A DNA stretch of 63,608 nt, filler included, from Pelomyxa schiedti (Eukaryota > Protista > Evosea): the NCBI GenBank assembly GCA_020536535.1. It is 8 parts of 8 records of this genome, joined end to end, with 100 filler letters (N's around TTAATTAATTAA, not from the genome) between each part and the next. Parts side by side here need not be neighbours in the genome. Positions count along the whole stretch, not along the records: positions 30,700 to 35,358 come from JAHLWZ010001571.1; positions 35,459 to 41,220 come from JAHLWZ010000781.1; positions 41,321 to 58,203 come from JAHLWZ010001137.1; 5 more parts are not named here. The stretch is one strand, 5' to 3'. Of the stretch, positions 34,521-54,829 are shown in pieces (position 1 is the stretch's first letter; every line of letters starts with the position of its first letter). The position numbers were made by a program, and so were the translations under genes. Under the pieces are notes generated by a model. It was not told where the DNA came from and searched no databases. It saw nothing but the letters and a program-made list of their open reading frames with translations.

Positions 34521-35358
34521 CTAGGTGGGTGCAGGTAGGTTGGTTGAGGGGAGGCTGTGAACTTCTTTGTTGTGGGAAGTGGGATTTCCCACTTGGTCCA
34601 AATGGGAACTAACTCTAAGTGTTCCCAGTTTCCTCAAGTAATATTCAATGACAGATGGGTGATCAATGTGGCACAGGCATTGCCATACTGCATAGGTTGA
34701 GGGAAGAGCATGAAATTGCTTCATAAGCTTGGGATCCATGGCACATTCAGTAATTAGCTTTTCGATTCTTTCAATCTTTGGGGGGTGAGAAATTATCAAA
34801 TGTCTCAAACACACCTCACGGTAACATATGCTCCTTGTTACTTGGGCAATGAGAGATAGCCCATGAGCTTCTGTACACTGATGTGGTGGAATCAGCAGTA
34901 ATAAGTCAATAAACTCCTTAAGAATGATATTCTCAAGAAATTCAGTGTCATTTTATCCTCAATCCTGGGAACTGCTCTGACTAGCTGTATGAGTTTCTCT
35001 TCATTTTAGGTGAGAAAATGAAAATCTTCTCATTGTAAAAAGGGAAGGTACATGCCTTCAGGTATCAGGGTCCTGCAACCCAGTACAAAGCTAACATGTT
35101 GTTCCTTGTGGTGTTCCACCTTTGGTGTATGTCATCTGTCAACCTTTCACAGTGCAGCCACTCAGACGCAAAATGCAAAACAGACACAAGATCATCAAGG
35201 ATACTCCTGATTGTCCGGGTCTGTGTGACATGTGGCTGCCACAACACATCCACTTCCTGATCTAACTCAGTTTTGACCTTTGTTGAGAGAGCATCCCAAA
35301 GGTGATCCAAACACTCTGAAACCATCACTTCCTTGGCTATGTTTGCCTGAAAAGTTTT
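34521..35358 (-). pseudogene. Possible hAT-like transposase relic
   Basis: Broken ORFs with QRWNT (cf. hAT TRWNS) next to a subterminal-type repeat array; weak. Confidence 0.3.
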
Positions 35359-35458
35359 NNNNNNNNNNNNNNNNNNNNNNNNNNNNNNNNNNNNNNNNNN
35401 NNTTAATTAATTAANNNNNNNNNNNNNNNNNNNNNNNNNNNNNNNNNNNNNNNNNNNN

Positions 35459-35568
35459 GTTTATTGCAACATGGCACTGCGTGACGTGCCTGCTGCTGCT
35501 CGTGCGTTGCTGTCATTCCTTGATGCCGCCTCATCTCCCCGTTACAACCTCAATCTTTTGAGCCTATA
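35459..35568 (+). CDS. C-terminal tail of an upstream dual-kinase paralog
   Basis: YCNMALRDVPAAARALLSFLDAASSPR matches the end of ORF 37083-38963. Confidence 0.7.
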
Positions 35569-35862
35569 AACACCCAACTATCTAAAATCAAAACCAATTA
35601 ATTATTGTATTGTATCGTCGAAAGGCCGATACAGTTGTTACGATCGCTTAGAGTGCCTCGGTGAAATCCATTTTCCAAGAAGTGGCCGAAGAAAATGACA
35701 GCTTTCCGGTCCCTTGATTATTTTATTCAGCCAAATATTGCGGCTAATGGACGCAGTACATGACACTGCCTGTGGGCGTACCCACTATGACTAGACTCTA
35801 GACTGAGGACCCAACCTGGCCCAAGAGTCAAGAGATCTAACATCCGGAATAGCACGATAGCC

Positions 35863-38800
35863 GTGACGTCAGCTAGCACCTGCAACGCGAATGATAACCA
35901 GAGTAAACAAAGAATAATAGATACCCCCAAAGTTATCCCACTTTGTTCCTTAGAAGACCGTCGATTACTACATGCCGCGTCTAGCTGGGCGACAGACACA
36001 CACTCGCTTCGTCATGCTATTACTGAACGTGATTTGTATTTTCGAAGACTGGCCGAGAGTGTCAGCGCTGCAGAGGTGCACAGGAATCAATACAGCACAA
36101 TCGTGGCGAATAACTTCAAGCTCGTGAGACTGATTGGCCACGGGTCAAATGGTATACGAGGCGTTGTTGTTATAAGTGGCTTACAAAACACACCAAGGGA
36201 TTGTATTTGAAGTGAAGTGCATTGGAAAAGGACACCCTGAGTTCTTCAGGGATGTTTCATATGTGCTAAAAGTGCCATTCAATTTTCAGTTCGTAAGCAC
36301 AAATACCATCTCAAATGCTTTTGAGGTTTTATTATCCCTTCCTCACTTTCTAGTTCTAACTGTTGTTTTTTATTAAGAATGAGTACCTAGTGGCTTCTAC
36401 ACTACCACCTCATCCCAACATCAATCGGTATTTCTGTCACTTCCCAGATAGACTTCCGGAGGACTATTATAATTGTTTCCCAACTGACATTAAAGACCTG
36501 GTATTTGACACACGCAGGAACAGGACGTGTGCTTGTGTGTGGGTTGTTCTGGAGCATCATTCATTCACACTGGACCTACTTTTGCAGCGCCTAAGAAAAC
36601 GTGCACCCTCCAATCAAGTGGTGACACCATGGTGTGTCTTCCGGAAGTATTCAATGGATATCTGTGCCGCTCTTGTTCATCTCTTCATCAATAGAACCAT
36701 TCACTTTGACATCAAACTTGACAATGTTGTGCTCTCTTCTGTATGTTTTCTTACGCAACCTGGTAAGGCTTAAAACAGCCCCCAAACAAACAAACAAAAA
36801 AACCAGAACCTGGAGAAAGCCATACTCATTGACCTTGGTTGTGCCAAGAAATTTCCTCCCAGTTCATTTGAGAGAGAAACAAAGTGTCTTATTGGTGCTC
36901 TTGGGAGTCTCAGGCACTTAGCACCTGAGATACTTAATGGAATTGCACAATACACACAACACCCAGATCCCAGCTCAGCTCTGAATTGCGAGAAGGTACA
37001 GGACTTTGTCCGGTATACTTACTCAATTGTTTAATGACAGCAACCCTCATTTGAGCTTGGATGCATTTTATTTGAGCTTGCAATGTATGGGCAGCAGCCA
37101 ATACCAAATTACCCTGCAGCTTATGGACCAAGTGGGACGATTAGTTATTCATTTGAGAGTGAGGACTTACTCCCCGAGTTCCCGGAGCACCTCCGCCATC
37201 TCATATTTTCTTTGCTTCAGTGTGACCCTGCAAAGAGGATGCCTCTCTTAGAGGCGTCGAAGGCACTGAAAACTCTTAGTGCATCTCATGAAATCCTCAC
37301 ATTCTATAGCACCGTCAGTATTGTCCCAGATGAAGATTCACAAAACTTCGAAGAGAGTTCCCTGGCACAACAAGTCTACACTCTTGAGGTTGGTGGCAAC
37401 CTGGAGACAGTCCTCTGTGGATTCCAGAAAGGAAGGATGGCCCTGGTGGAACTGAACGATCTTGACCTCACAAGAGCAACCTTCATTGCCAATGGCCCAT
37501 TTGGAAGTGTGAGCAAAGTTCCAGTTGTTCAGGGGTGGTGGTGGGCACACAGTGACCTGCCAGAGGTGGCTTTGAAGATGATGTTCAATTATAGTGCAGG
37601 AATGAAGACTCCGCAACAGAAACCGCATTTTGAAAGGGAATACGAGGTCGCAGTGATGCACCCGCACTGGTGTCTCGCAAATGTCTTCAGCCACTTCCGC
37701 GGCGATACTTTTCTCTCACTGATCGGAGAGAGCATGAGGATGAAATACACGATTGTTGACGAAGACCGATGTTGGGTGTCAGGGTGCACAAACAACCGGG
37801 ATGCGATCCCAGTGTTTCAACGAACAACTTTCATGACAATGGAACTCGGGAAGTGCACTCTTGAGTCCCTCCTGTCAACACTCCATGCCAAATCCAAAAA
37901 GACACCTCTCTCTTATTCTCAAGGAGCGCAATCCGAACTGAATACAGTGTCCATGTCTCCACAACGACACCCACTTGGCACAACGAGGGACGTGCTTCAG
38001 CTGGCGTTTTGCGTGCTGTGTGCAGTTGACCACCTCAACACACGAGGGTGGTTCCACTGTGACATACAATCTGACAACATCCTGCTGATGGAGAGGCCAC
38101 ACATCAAAGGAAACATCTGGGCTCTCTGTGACCTCGGGGATGCTGTGTTTTGTCAAGATGGGAAACCCCTGGTTCTACCCAGGGGTGAACCAATCTCTGG
38201 CGACAAGTTCAACAGGTCACCTGAAGTGCTACAAGCATTCAGAGAGTTCCCTCTGCTCAAAAATGACGTGTGGGCCGTCGGCTGTGTTCTCTACGAAGCA
38301 GTTTCAGGGAGCCACCCCTTCATTCAGGGAAATCAGATGCTCACCAAACTGATACGTGACACCACGCTCCCACCCGTCATCCCCAGGCGCGAAACCAACA
38401 CCAGCAGCCACCAAACTCCTCCACCCACATTATCGCCAGCCCCACCCTCGTCAAGTGGCCCTGGTGTTGATTTGGACGCGGTGGTGTGTGGCCTTGTTGG
38501 GTGGCTTCTTGAGCGGGAGTGCAGCCGGCGCCCCACATCACGCGAGGCCCTCCTCGCCTGCGGTGCACTCCTCTCGCTCCCTCTCCCAGTTCTCACGAGA
38601 TTCGTGTGCCGCCATAATGAGTCACAAGCAATGTCGCAATTACCACCACCGTCAACAACATCAACAGGCAATGCACAGGCTCAGCAGACCCTTTCACAGG
38701 CACAGCCAATCTCCGATGACGTGATCATAGCTATGAGACAGTCACTTTACCAAGTACACAAGCAGACCTTGACTGACATATTCCAACACAATGGGTTGCG

Positions 38801-38963
38801 CTTTGGTGCAGATCCTGTACCACTCTTGTCATCGGCCCATACCATGCACGCCTCAGTGAGTGAAGTCATCCAGCTTGTTTATTGTAACATGGCACTGCGT
38901 GATGTGCCTGGTGCCACTCGTGCCCTGTTCTCTTTCCTTGGTGCAGCCTCATCCCCCCGTTAA
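35863..38963 (+). CDS. Tandem dual-kinase protein with two PINK1-like domains (multi-exon; start uncertain)
   Basis: Domain 1: IGHGSNG, VLKVPFNF, HPNINRYF, HFDIKLDN, IDLGC, HLAPE. Domain 2: IANGPFGSV, VALKMMFNY, HCDIQSDNILL, CDLG, RSPE, DVWAVGCVLYE..HPF. Confidence 0.85.
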
Positions 38964-39018
38964 ATCAATCTGTTACGGCACTAACCTTTTCTGATGAAAC
39001 AAGAACCTTTTTGATTGG

Positions 39019-41220
39019 TGTATGGAAAAGCAGCCGTCAATGGGGGAACGTAACGCCTTCTGTTGACGGGACGGAACATGTGTTGCGCTTTGGTTGTGTG
39101 TAGTTCGAGAAACTGGTTGATCACTTGAGCTGAATTGAGAATGCTCACCGGTCAGTTACAGTTTGGTTTGGCACCATTGCCCTGCGTTGCCAATTAAAAC
39201 GCCTTATGTAATAACTTTGACCAAGTATTGTTAATAAAATCAAACAGGAACAGCATGGCTCGATTGGAAGATCGGCTCTATACACTCCCTGGAGCGTGGC
39301 CCCCCAAGGAAAGGCTGGAGGACGAGCCTTTTATTGTGCAGGTCACGGGTGCAAGTGGGCCCGAAAAGAAATTGGCTAAGGACGCGTTTTATTTGACCAT
39401 TCTGCTGATTGTCATTGGTCCTCCCACCGCAGATTTTGCCATGTGTGTATCTCGTGATTTCTTTCTCACGCTGACCTTTTTCACAGGTTATGTTTTGCAA
39501 AATGCTCCTACCCAGTTGCAGTTTACTGCGTTATTCGCTCAGAGCTTATGTTTCTGGGTGTGTGATTGCCAGATAAGCTGTTTTTTNNNNNNNNNNNNNN
39601 NNNNNNNNNNNNNNNNNNNNNNNNNNNNNNNNNNNNNNNNNNNNNNNNNNNNNNNNNNNNNNNNNNNNNNNNNNNNNNNNNNNNNNCACGCGAGGCCCTC
39701 CTCGCCTGCGGTGCACTCCTCTCGCTCCCTCTCCCAGTTCTCACGAGATTCGTGTGCCGCCATAATGAGTCACAAGCAATGTCGCAATTACCACCACCGT
39801 CAACAACGTCAACCGGCAATGCACAGGCTCAGGAGACCCTTTCCCAGGCACAACCAATCTCCGATGACGTGATCATAGCCATGAGACAGTCACTTTACCA
39901 AGTACACAAGCAGACCTTGACTGACATATTCCAACACAATGGGTTGCGCTTTGGTGTGGATCCTGTACCGCTCTTGTCATCGGCCCATACCATGCACGCC
40001 TCAGTGAGTGAAGTCATCCAGCTTGTTTATTGTAACATGGCACTGCGTGATGTGCCTGCTGCCACTCGTGCCCTGTTCTCTTTCCTTGGTGCAACCTCAT
40101 CCCCCCGTTACAACCTCAATCTGTTACAGCACTAACCTTTTCTGATTAAACAAGAACCTTTTTGGTACCTTGCCGACACCAAGTTAGTCGTGGGGCAGTT
40201 GGAGCCCAGGCCCCGGTGTGTCGGTTACCATGCAGTCACCTGTGTTGGTGTGCCACTCTGTTGTTGGGTGAATGCTGAGTACCATTATTGGGTCTTGCTG
40301 CCTTTTTGGTGGCACAGAAACGCTGGGCATCGTGCACGGAATGTGTCCATCTTTCCGTGTGGTCTACGTCGATAAGGCAACACGGCCATGGTGTAGTGCA
40401 TCGTACTCCAGTTGCTCTTCACACCTTCGTTCGAAGCAATTCTGATAACTTCAGTAGCTCGAAACATCCACCGTACAAAAAAGTAACCATGCTCGATTTT
40501 TTCCCGCTCGGCCTTTAAGCATCGGTGCTCTAGGAGTTGTTGTAATTGCGTTTTGTAATCAGTGTACATGGCTGCAAACTTTCCGCTTTTAGTCACCGAC
40601 CAAAACAAGAATGTTGATGTTTCCGAAAAAAAGATGGGATTAAAAACCCTGTGAGAGTGCTCTATGGAAAAGCAGCCGTCAATGGGGGAACGTAACGCTT
40701 TCTGTTGACGGAACATGTGTTGCGCTTTGGTTGTGTAGTTCGAGAAACTGGTTGATCACTTGAGCTGAATTGAGAATGCTCACGGGTCAGTTACAGTTTG
40801 GTTTGGTACCATTGCCCCGCGTTGGCAATTAAAACGCCTGATGTAATAACTTTGACCAAGTATTGTTAATAAAATCAAACAGGAACAGCATGGCTCGATT
40901 GGAAGATCGGCTCTATACACTCCCTGGAGCGTGGCCCCGAAGGTAAGGCTGGAGGACGAGCCTTTTATTGTGCAGGTCACGGGTGCAAGTGGGCCCGAAA
41001 AGAAATTGGCTAAAGACGCGTTTTATTTGACCATTCTGCTGATTGTCATTGGTCCTCCCACCGCAGATTTTGCCATGTGTGTATCTCGTGATTTCTTTAT
41101 CACGCTGACCTTTTTCACAGGTTATGTTTTGCAAAATGCTCCTACCCAGTTGCAGTTTACTGCGTTATTCGCTCAGAGCTTATGTTTCTGGGTGTGTGAT
41201 TGCCAGATAAGCTGTTTTTT
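39019..41220. repeat. Duplicated ~560-bp downstream segment (39019-39586 and ~40662-41220)
   Basis: Direct sequence match; both copies end at the same gctgtttttt before gaps. Confidence 0.85.
39687..40135 (+). CDS. 3' part of another dual-kinase copy after an N gap
   Basis: Near-identical to 38539-38960. Confidence 0.75.
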
Positions 41221-41966
41221 NNNNNNNNNNNNNNNNNNNNNNNNNNNNNNNNNNNNNNNNNNNNTTAATTAATTAANNNNNNNNNNNNNNNNNNNNNNNN
41301 NNNNNNNNNNNNNNNNNNNNTTCTCTCGTACTGTAGTTCTCAACCTCACATTTAACAGGAGGAAGAAGAAGCTCCTCAAAATTAGGAGGATCACATCCCA
41401 CCTTTCATTTGAGTGACAACAGTGACCCTATTTGTGATTTGGAAAGTTATGTAGTTATGGTTGCTGAAAGAACCACTCTTTCAGTTTCAGAAGGAAGTTT
41501 AGTTTTAGTTTGTAGTGGAGTGGGGCTGACCACACGAGGCAGCAGTGCAGTGCCTGGGCAATCAGGAGGGCACCCAACTTGGTGGCAGAGCAAGCCCCAC
41601 AACACCAAGAGGACACCCCCCAAGCAACCCCACAAAAAATAAGTTTAATATCGATGCTGCCCAATGGGCAGCTTTCAGATATTAAGCTGAAAAGAACAGA
41701 TACTACACTTGATCTTAGCCAAAAGGCCGAGAAGGTATATGAAGTATCACCATCCCACCTCCCTCGGAGTTCCCCCGACTTGATGACAAGCGGAATTATG
41801 GGCTGATCAGGGAAGAAAAAGGGGGTAGCTCGATCATGCACAAAACACCCCTCGTGGGGTCCGTGTACTACTGGATCTCATTTGTTGTTGTTACTCTGCG
41901 TCCTCAGAAGTCAGATTCTACACTCTGCCTTGTCACATTCTTATAAACCACAGCGGGTGGTGCGAC

Positions 41967-42784
41967 ATGACTACGATGCGAGGGGGACGGTCGTCGCTGC
42001 TGCGGCGGGAGGCAGGGCTACCCCTGCCCCTCACGACACCCACGACGACGCAGCGAGGGGGCCCAGGCTGGGGAGGTGGCGCTGGCGGGGGGGGCAACGA
42101 CGGCGACGCGCAGCAGAAGGAAGAGGAGAGACTCGTTCTCGCCGACAACGAGGCGCAGCTGCAGGTGCTCGTGGACCAGGTCGCCGCCGTAAGGCTCGTG
42201 TGTACCCCGCCCCCCTTATCCCGCGCACTCTTGGTGCTATTAGTATATTATGGGTGGCGGATGGGGTGTATTATGGGGAACGATAGAAATGGACGGATTA
42301 TGATACTTAATGATATTTATAAATTAAATCAATAAATATCCGGATTGCTAATGTAAGTTACCAGGTGGCTGAGGGAATGCAGAACGAAATCAATACAAGC
42401 AAAACTGTAACAAAGGAGCTCGTAGGCATTCCCTTAAATTTATTATTTCTTTCTAGAAGAGAATGTAATTGTTGTGTTAATAATCAAGCAAGTATTATGT
42501 CAGTTTCGAGAATGCTTTGGCCTCACTTATCATCAGGATACTGAGATGACATCAGCACAAGGGGCGGTAGGAGGAGCTTCTGCGCGTCTCAAGCAACTTG
42601 CGCATATAGGCTCCAGTAAGCATATGTGCTGGCTGGTCTTGTTTGTAGTACTCTTGTTCCTCTTTGAAGACCTCCTCATAAAGTACGGTCAATTCCACTC
42701 TCCTTTCCATTTCTAACTAACACAACATATTATCTCAAGATGGGGGCGCCGATCTTCTGTCACTGTGCAGGGCTCAACCCCGTG
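41967..42784 (+). CDS. Bet1-like Qc-SNARE (multi-exon; ends approximate)
   Basis: DNEAQLQVLVDQVAAVRL-VAEGMQNEI..-DTEMTSAQGAVGGASARLKQL followed by TM helix HMCWLVLFVVLLFLF. Confidence 0.7.
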
Positions 42785-42896
42785 ATTCTTTCTTAACTTT
42801 GTAAATAAAATAGAATTGGATTCTCTTAGTTATGTCTAAAACAAACAAATGCTTTTTTGGGTTGTGTTGTTTGGGGATTGTTGGTTTGTTAGTGGT

Positions 42897-51401
<8,505 letters not shown>

Positions 51402-52065
51402 TGTAGCGGTCTATTTGTCTTAGGTTATCCTGTGCGTCGGTGTCAGGTTATCTATCCGCAGTAATAACAACAAGACAACAGATCTCGGGACACATACGCA
51501 ACGAGACAGGCCACCAAAGGGGGAGGGTAAAGAAAAATAATAAAAAAAAACAAACTAAACGACGTCGGGTTGGAGAAAGAACGAAGGAGCAGGGGAATGG
51601 TGCCAAATGGTTGGCGTTTGTTGTCGTTTGGGGCACAACCAACCTGGTAGGTAGCACCCGCGCGACGTCAAAAAAAAATTTTTTTTTCTAGCCTTTATCA
51701 GTGCACGTAACACATCAGGGTCTCTGCGATGTCTTCAATACATCGGCCCTCTGGAAAAAGAAAAAAACTCATGCATGCATTTTTAAATTTTGTTCTATTT
51801 CCAAACCGTGATTTTCATCGAGATCACAACTCCCGGGCTTCCGGAGCACACCAGGATTCTCTCTGGAGGGTGAGAAGGAGTCACCAATAGTTATTGTGCC
51901 GTTGCAGCCAGTACCAGGTAGATGTAAGGCCTTACTGGTGGACCGATTCCTGGAAAGGCGACATTAATTACTTCAAAGTCGGGGTTGTGTTGTCTGACAG
52001 AGTACAACAAACAAAACAATAATACAAACGCCATTGGGTGTGCAGAGGAATAATACAAACAAAGA

Positions 52066-52411
52066 ATGGATAGTGATGAAGCGGTTCGGCAGCAATTCGC
52101 AACCTGGGACAAGTGCCTGCACCCGTTTTTATTTTTTCCTCCTCCCGTAGTTTGTTTAACATTTACAATGTAGGGACGGCGATGGGGCTATAACCGTTAA
52201 CGAGGTGATAGCAATGCTGGGTAAAGCGGGAATACCACAACAAAGAAGGGACGCTATGGCCAAGGCATTGATGAAAAATGTATGGTGACTCTTTATCCCT
52301 TTAAATACACCACAGCTCCTTGCGCAATAAACTAATTGTGGCCAGGCCGATGTCAATGGAGATGGTAAAATATCTTTTGAGGAATTCAAGGCAGCTATGG
52401 CCAATAATTAG
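52066..52411 (+). CDS. Small two-EF-hand calcium-binding protein (3 exons)
   Basis: FATWDK-DGDGAITVNE and ADVNGDGKISFEEF loops joined by GT..AG introns. Confidence 0.8.
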
Positions 52412-52960
52412 CACCTGTATCCCTCTGGACAGCCCAAAACCCATCACACAGCGTAAATCTACTTTTTTTTTACCAAACCAAAACAACAGAGAACATTTAA
52501 TTTCACCCACAATACAGTTTCGGGACGTTTTGTTGCCCTTTTCCCGCAGTTCTGGTGCTTTCATACTTGGGGTCTGCTTACAGATAATATCTACCCAAAC
52601 CCTGTGAACGGTCGGGAGGCTGCTCCTCCTTTGTGGGGGGTGTGCCTTGCGTCTTCGTTTTGACACCATGGTGCCGGGGACAATTTGGGTGGAAGAGGTG
52701 GGGCTTCCCCATCCAAAGAAGCATCCTCAGGTCCTTCAAGAGACTCTGGGGTGGGCTTGCTCATCCTGGGGGAACTTGGGGGATCTGGGACCGTGCTTGG
52801 CGAGGTTTCACCTACTGTGGGTGGACCCTTTTTTGGTTTTGTTTTCATTCCTTCTTCCCCGAACCACAGAAAGGACCACAAGACTGAGATTTCAGTGACA
52901 ATTGAGACACGAGGGAGTGCCCGTGTGTGGCTGGTGATCCCGTCCGCATCGAGCGCACAG

Positions 52961-53110
52961 AGTTCCCAACTTTGTTTTGGAAAAGTTCCCAACTTTGTTT
53001 TGAAAGAGGGCTTTCTTTGTTTAATAGACAAAGTTGGGAACTTATTTTCGCAGTTTCAGTTCCCAACTTTGTTAAGCGGAAACATGCAAAAACAAAGTTG
53101 GGAACTTTTC
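52961..53110. repeat. Cluster of direct and inverted gttcccaactttg motifs (transposon-subterminal-like)
   Basis: Three forward copies (~52961, ~52984, ~53059) and two reverse copies (~53028, ~53092). Confidence 0.8.
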
Positions 53111-54367
53111 AACCGTTGAAATGCCGCCGTTGGAGCGGGCTCGCCGGATCTGAGTACAACCACGGTGATTTAGTGTATGGCTATTTACCAATCCGTTTCA
53201 TTGAATGCCACCGTTGGAGCCACTAAGTTTGTGAAGAACAAAGAAAGAGATAATAATAAATAATTGTGGGTTCTGTTGATTTGGTACCATGCAGTGCAGT
53301 TCAAAGTAATAGATCCTCTCGAGGAAGGTTTCTGCAGAAATCATCAGTGGCACCCAACCAGTGATGAGTGCAAGTGGCTAGTGGCTTGCTACACAGTGTC
53401 CATCTGTGTGCTTCTGTGGGATGTGTAGTTCAGTGTGTGACGAGAAAGCAGGGAACAAGCACGAGATCAAGAAAGGATTCTATTATTTGTTCTGTTTTGT
53501 TGTTTGTTTTGATTTATGAGGTTTGGGTCGTGATTCTAAGGTCGGAGTGTGTCGGGCTTATAAGGACTCGAAAACGACTTGAAATCGAGGTGAACGCTCA
53601 GGTAGGTTTCCGCGAACTTGATTTCCTAAGATGTCAGGTCCGAGTGCTGACTCAGCAGGTCAGTCTCTCAGTCTCGGAGTTCGTGCTCATGCTCACAGAG
53701 AGTTTGCTTGTGTATTCTACAGAATCACACACATCACTCAATTGGAACAGCTGCCGTTGTGCAGATGAGAAAAGTCTGAGATGGGTTGTTTCCTTGAGTG
53801 GGAAACTGCACCAAAAGAGAACAGCAAATTGAAGTGAAAATGAGAGTCTCATGTTACATAGCTTTGGAATTGAATTTAGTGATTTTGTGAGCTTCAAATA
53901 TGAGTCTAGCATTCCCACACTTAATAGAACGCTTGCCAGGTGTTGTAGGTATGATCCTCATGATTTCCGCGCTAATCTCATTGCAGAGTGCATGCTGGTA
54001 GTGCCGGAAATGATTGCTTCCATGCTGGAAATGTCCACTTCTGTGTTGGAAATATCTGCACTGAAGCAGTGCAGGCTGATGTGCCATTCCACAACATCAT
54101 AATTGCGATTCCACCATGCTGGAACTCTCCTTGCCACTATGCTGCCTTGCCAGATACCCTCTCCTTGCACCAGGATACCTCCAAAACCACAAGAACGCCA
54201 TAATAAAATAATGTGTGGTTTGGGGTTTTATTATGCCTTAAAGGGCAAAATCAGCCTAACAGAGTGTTGCAGAGAATGATAGCTTGTTGTAGTGCATGTG
54301 CAGGTGCAATGTAGTGCAGACAGCGTTGCTGAAATGCTTGAGCATCTCCCGTTGGTGCAAACGACCA

Positions 54368-54493
54368 AAGAACAGAATGAGAACGACCAATGAATTCTGT
54401 TCTTCGTTCTCATGGTTGTACACTCGCGTTATTACCACTCTCAGAATGTTGCTTAAAGAGTGGTAATAACGCGAGTGTACAACCATGAGAACG
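54368..54493. repeat. Two abutting perfect hairpins (11-bp and 37-bp arms, both with 15-nt loops)
   Basis: 54368-78/54394-404 and 54405-441/54457-493 are exact reverse complements. Confidence 0.95.
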
Positions 54494-54829
54494 TCGAAGT
54501 AGATGAGAGTAGCACCACAGTAGACATAACAGATCATTACGACGATGAAGCATAACAAGAGAACCTTTGCACTCTCACTCTCTTTCGTTCTTTTCCCTCT
54601 GTGGGGCTTTATTCTCTTCCCACAGAAGCTAACAACAGCAACACCCATATCAAGGTCAACAGTGAGACATGTGCTGCAGCACTGTGATTGATGTCGATCT
54701 TGATTATCAGATTCCAGATCTGTGCACATTTCCTTAACATAGAGCTTTTTGTGCATGCCCAGTCAAATTGTGTCATGGCGTTGATTGTTGGGGCTCAAAT
54801 AAATCCAATTTCCGCGTTTTTGACACCAC

